DNA of 64,000 nucleotides from NCBI RefSeq assembly GCF_058153355.1, contig NZ_CM177019.1; one strand, 5' to 3'. Shown piece by piece: positions 61,912 to 64,000 of this stretch (position 1 is its first letter; each line of letters starts with the position of its first letter). The notes under the pieces were generated by a model. It saw only the letters and a program-made list of their open reading frames with translations, ran no database searches and was not told where the DNA came from. The position numbers and the translations under genes were made by a program.

Positions 61912-64000
61912 ATGAAAAACAGTAAGGCATTTTACCGCAGCGCATTAGCGACAGCTATTGTTATGGCTCTTTCTGCACCAGCATTCGCTGCTGATAACGC
62001 GGTATCAACTACACCGGTTAAGTTGGATAAAAATAAGACGATTCTGGATCAAGATGTTGTTATTAACGGTGATAACAAGATTACAGCCGTAACAATTGAA
62101 ACGTCAAATTCAGATAAAGATCTTAATGTTACTTTTGGCGGTCACGATATTACCGCCGCATCAACGGTAGACCAAGGTTTCGTTGAAGGTGTAAAAGTTA
62201 GCGGTGACAAAAATGTTGTGATTAATGCTACAGGCTCCACCATCACAGCTCAAGGCGAAGGCACCTATGTCCGGACTGCAATGGTCATTTCTTCTACTGG
62301 CGATGTTGTTGTTAATGGCGGTAATTTCGTTGCAAAAAATGAAAAAGGTAGTGCGACAGGGATATCTCTGGAAGGGGCCACGGGAAATAATGTCACGCTC
62401 AATGGCACAACCATAAACGCTCAAGGTAATAAGAGTTCCAGCAACGGCTCTACGGCAATTTTTGCTCAAAAGGGTAGCGTATCGAATGGTTTTAACGGTG
62501 ATGCAACCGACAACATTACCCTTGCTGGCTCAAACATTATTAATGGTCGGATTGAAACAATAGTTACTGCCGGGAATAAGACGGGAATTCATACAGTCAA
62601 CCTGAATATTAAGGATGGCTCAGTAATTGGGGCGGCTAATAATAAACAAACAATTTATGCCTCTGCTTCGGCACAAGGCGCAGGTTCAGCAACGCAAAAT
62701 TTAAATTTGTCTGTTGCTGATTCAACCATCTACTCTGATGTCCTGGCCCTTTCTGCAAGCGAGAATTCAGCCGGTACCACAACAAATGTAAATATGAACG
62801 TTGCCCGCTCTTACTGGGAAGGTAATGCTTATACGCTCAATAGCGGCGATAAAGCGGGTAGTGATCTGGATATAAATCTTTCCGATAGTTCAGTCTGGAA
62901 AGGCAAAGTTTCAGGGGCAGGAGATGCCAACGTATCTCTGCAAAACGGGTCTGTCTGGAATGTTACGGGTTCCTCAACTGTTGATGCTCTGGCAGTAAAA
63001 GACAGTACGGTTAATATCACTAAGGCTACAGTCAATACTGGCACGTTTGCTTCTCAAAACGGCACTCTGATTGTTGATGCCTCTTCTGAAAACACTCTGG
63101 ATATCAGCGGTAAAGCGAGCGGTGACTTGCGTGTTTACAGTGCGGGTTCATTGGATCTTATCAATGAACAAACGGCATTTATTTCTACCGGCAAAGACAG
63201 CACTCTAAAAGCCACAGGCACAACGGAAGGTGGTCTGTATCAATATGACCTGACACAGGGAGCTGATGGTAACTTTTATTTCGTAAAAAACACGCATAAA
63301 GCATCCAACGCCAGCTCCGTGATTCAGGCAATGGCAGCTGCTCCGGCTAACGTCGCTAATCTGCAGGCTGACACGCTCTCCGCCCGTCAGGATGCTGTCC
63401 GTCTGAGCGAAAATGACGAGGGTGGCGTATGGATTCAGTACTTTGGCGGTAAACAGAAACATACCACCGCAGGAAATGCATCCTATGACCTGGATGTAAA
63501 CGGTGTAATGCTGGGTGGTGATACCCGCTTCATGACTGAAGATGGTAGCTGGCTGGCCGGTGTGGCGATGTCTTCTGCGAAAGGTGACATGACCACCATG
63601 CAGAGCAAAGGTGACACTGAAGGTTACAGCTTCCACGCTTACCTGAGCCGCCAGTATAACAACGGTATCTTCATTGATACTGCTGCACAGTTTGGTCATT
63701 ACAGCAACACGGCAGATGTTCGCCTGATGAATGGTGGCGGTACCATCAAAGCTGACTTTAACACCAATGGTTTCGGTGCGATGGTTAAAGGTGGTTACAC
63801 CTGGGAAGACGGTAATGGCCTGTTTATTCAGCCATATGCCAAACTGTCTGCTCTGACTCTGGAAGGTGTGGATTATCAGCTCAACGGCGTGGACGTTCAT
63901 TCTGACAGCTATAACTCTGTGCTGGGTGAGGCCGGTACGCGCGTGGGTTATGACTTCGCTGTGGGCAACGCGACCGTTAAACCTTATTTAAATCTGGCCG
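61912..64000 (+). CDS. autotransporter (type Va) adhesin-like protein, 5' part; continues beyond window end
   Basis: ATG 61912 with GGAGAA Shine-Dalgarno; signal peptide MKNSKAFYRSALATAIVMALSAPAFA; glycine/asparagine/threonine-rich repetitive passenger; frame open to position 64000; end shows autotransporter-junction-like motifs. Not in the ORF track because it has no stop in the window. Confidence 0.8.
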   Translation, partial: MKNSKAFYRSALATAIVMALSAPAFAADNAVSTTPVKLDKNKTILDQDVVINGDNKITAVTIETSNSDKDLNVTFGGHDITAASTVDQGFVEGVKVSGDKNVVINATGSTITAQGEGTYVRTAMVISSTGDVVVNGGNFVAKNEKGSATGISLEGATGNNVTLNGTTINAQGNKSSSNGSTAIFAQKGSVSNGFNGDATDNITLAGSNIINGRIETIVTAGNKTGIHTVNLNIKDGSVIGAANNKQTIYASASAQGAGSATQNLNLSVADSTIYSDVLALSASENSAGTTTNVNMNVARSYWEGNAYTLNSGDKAGSDLDINLSDSSVWKGKVSGAGDANVSLQNGSVWNVTGSSTVDALAVKDSTVNITKATVNTGTFASQNGTLIVDASSENTLDISGKASGDLRVYSAGSLDLINEQTAFISTGKDSTLKATGTTEGGLYQYDLTQGADGNFYFVKNTHKASNASSVIQAMAAAPANVANLQADTLSARQDAVRLSENDEGGVWIQYFGGKQKHTTAGNASYDLDVNGVMLGGDTRFMTEDGSWLAGVAMSSAKGDMTTMQSKGDTEGYSFHAYLSRQYNNGIFIDTAAQFGHYSNTADVRLMNGGGTIKADFNTNGFGAMVKGGYTWEDGNGLFIQPYAKLSALTLEGVDYQLNGVDVHSDSYNSVLGEAGTRVGYDFAVGNATVKPYLNLA

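Noticed and set aside
63205-63900. 231-aa minus-strand ORF near the window end.
   Set aside because: Antisense to the open autotransporter reading frame, which has strong start, signal-peptide and composition support.

Overview
This window reads as an Escherichia coli-type chromosomal segment, in reverse orientation relative to the K-12 map: mhpFDCBA / mhpR, lacI-lacZYA, cynXST / cynR, codBA, prpEDCB / prpR, yahO-yahC, pdeL, betT / betIBA, then a FimB/FimE-like recombinase, two LuxR-type regulators and the 5' part of an autotransporter. It is not K-12-like in detail. Extra content includes a metallo-beta-lactamase-fold gene plus a GlxA-type AraC regulator between mhpR and lacI, a four-gene sugar ABC transporter between yahK and yahJ, an IS66-family element with 8-bp target duplications splitting a small gene, and an IS621-like (IS110-family) element carrying a 177-nt bridge-RNA-like non-coding region inserted precisely into a REP/BIME array. 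Three genes carry apparent inactivating lesions: lacZ (2-nt frameshift near codon 60), yahJ (frameshift before the last ~60 codons) and yahD (in-frame TAA). The observations I rate highest are the IS621/bridge-RNA insertion with unoccupied matching target sites elsewhere in the window, a candidate invertible switch next to the FimB-like recombinase, and a well-folded tRNA-like element near yahL/yahN. All identifications rest on reading the translations and sequence by eye and on recalled family knowledge; no database search was run. Coordinates derived by hand-counting may be off by 1-2 nt.
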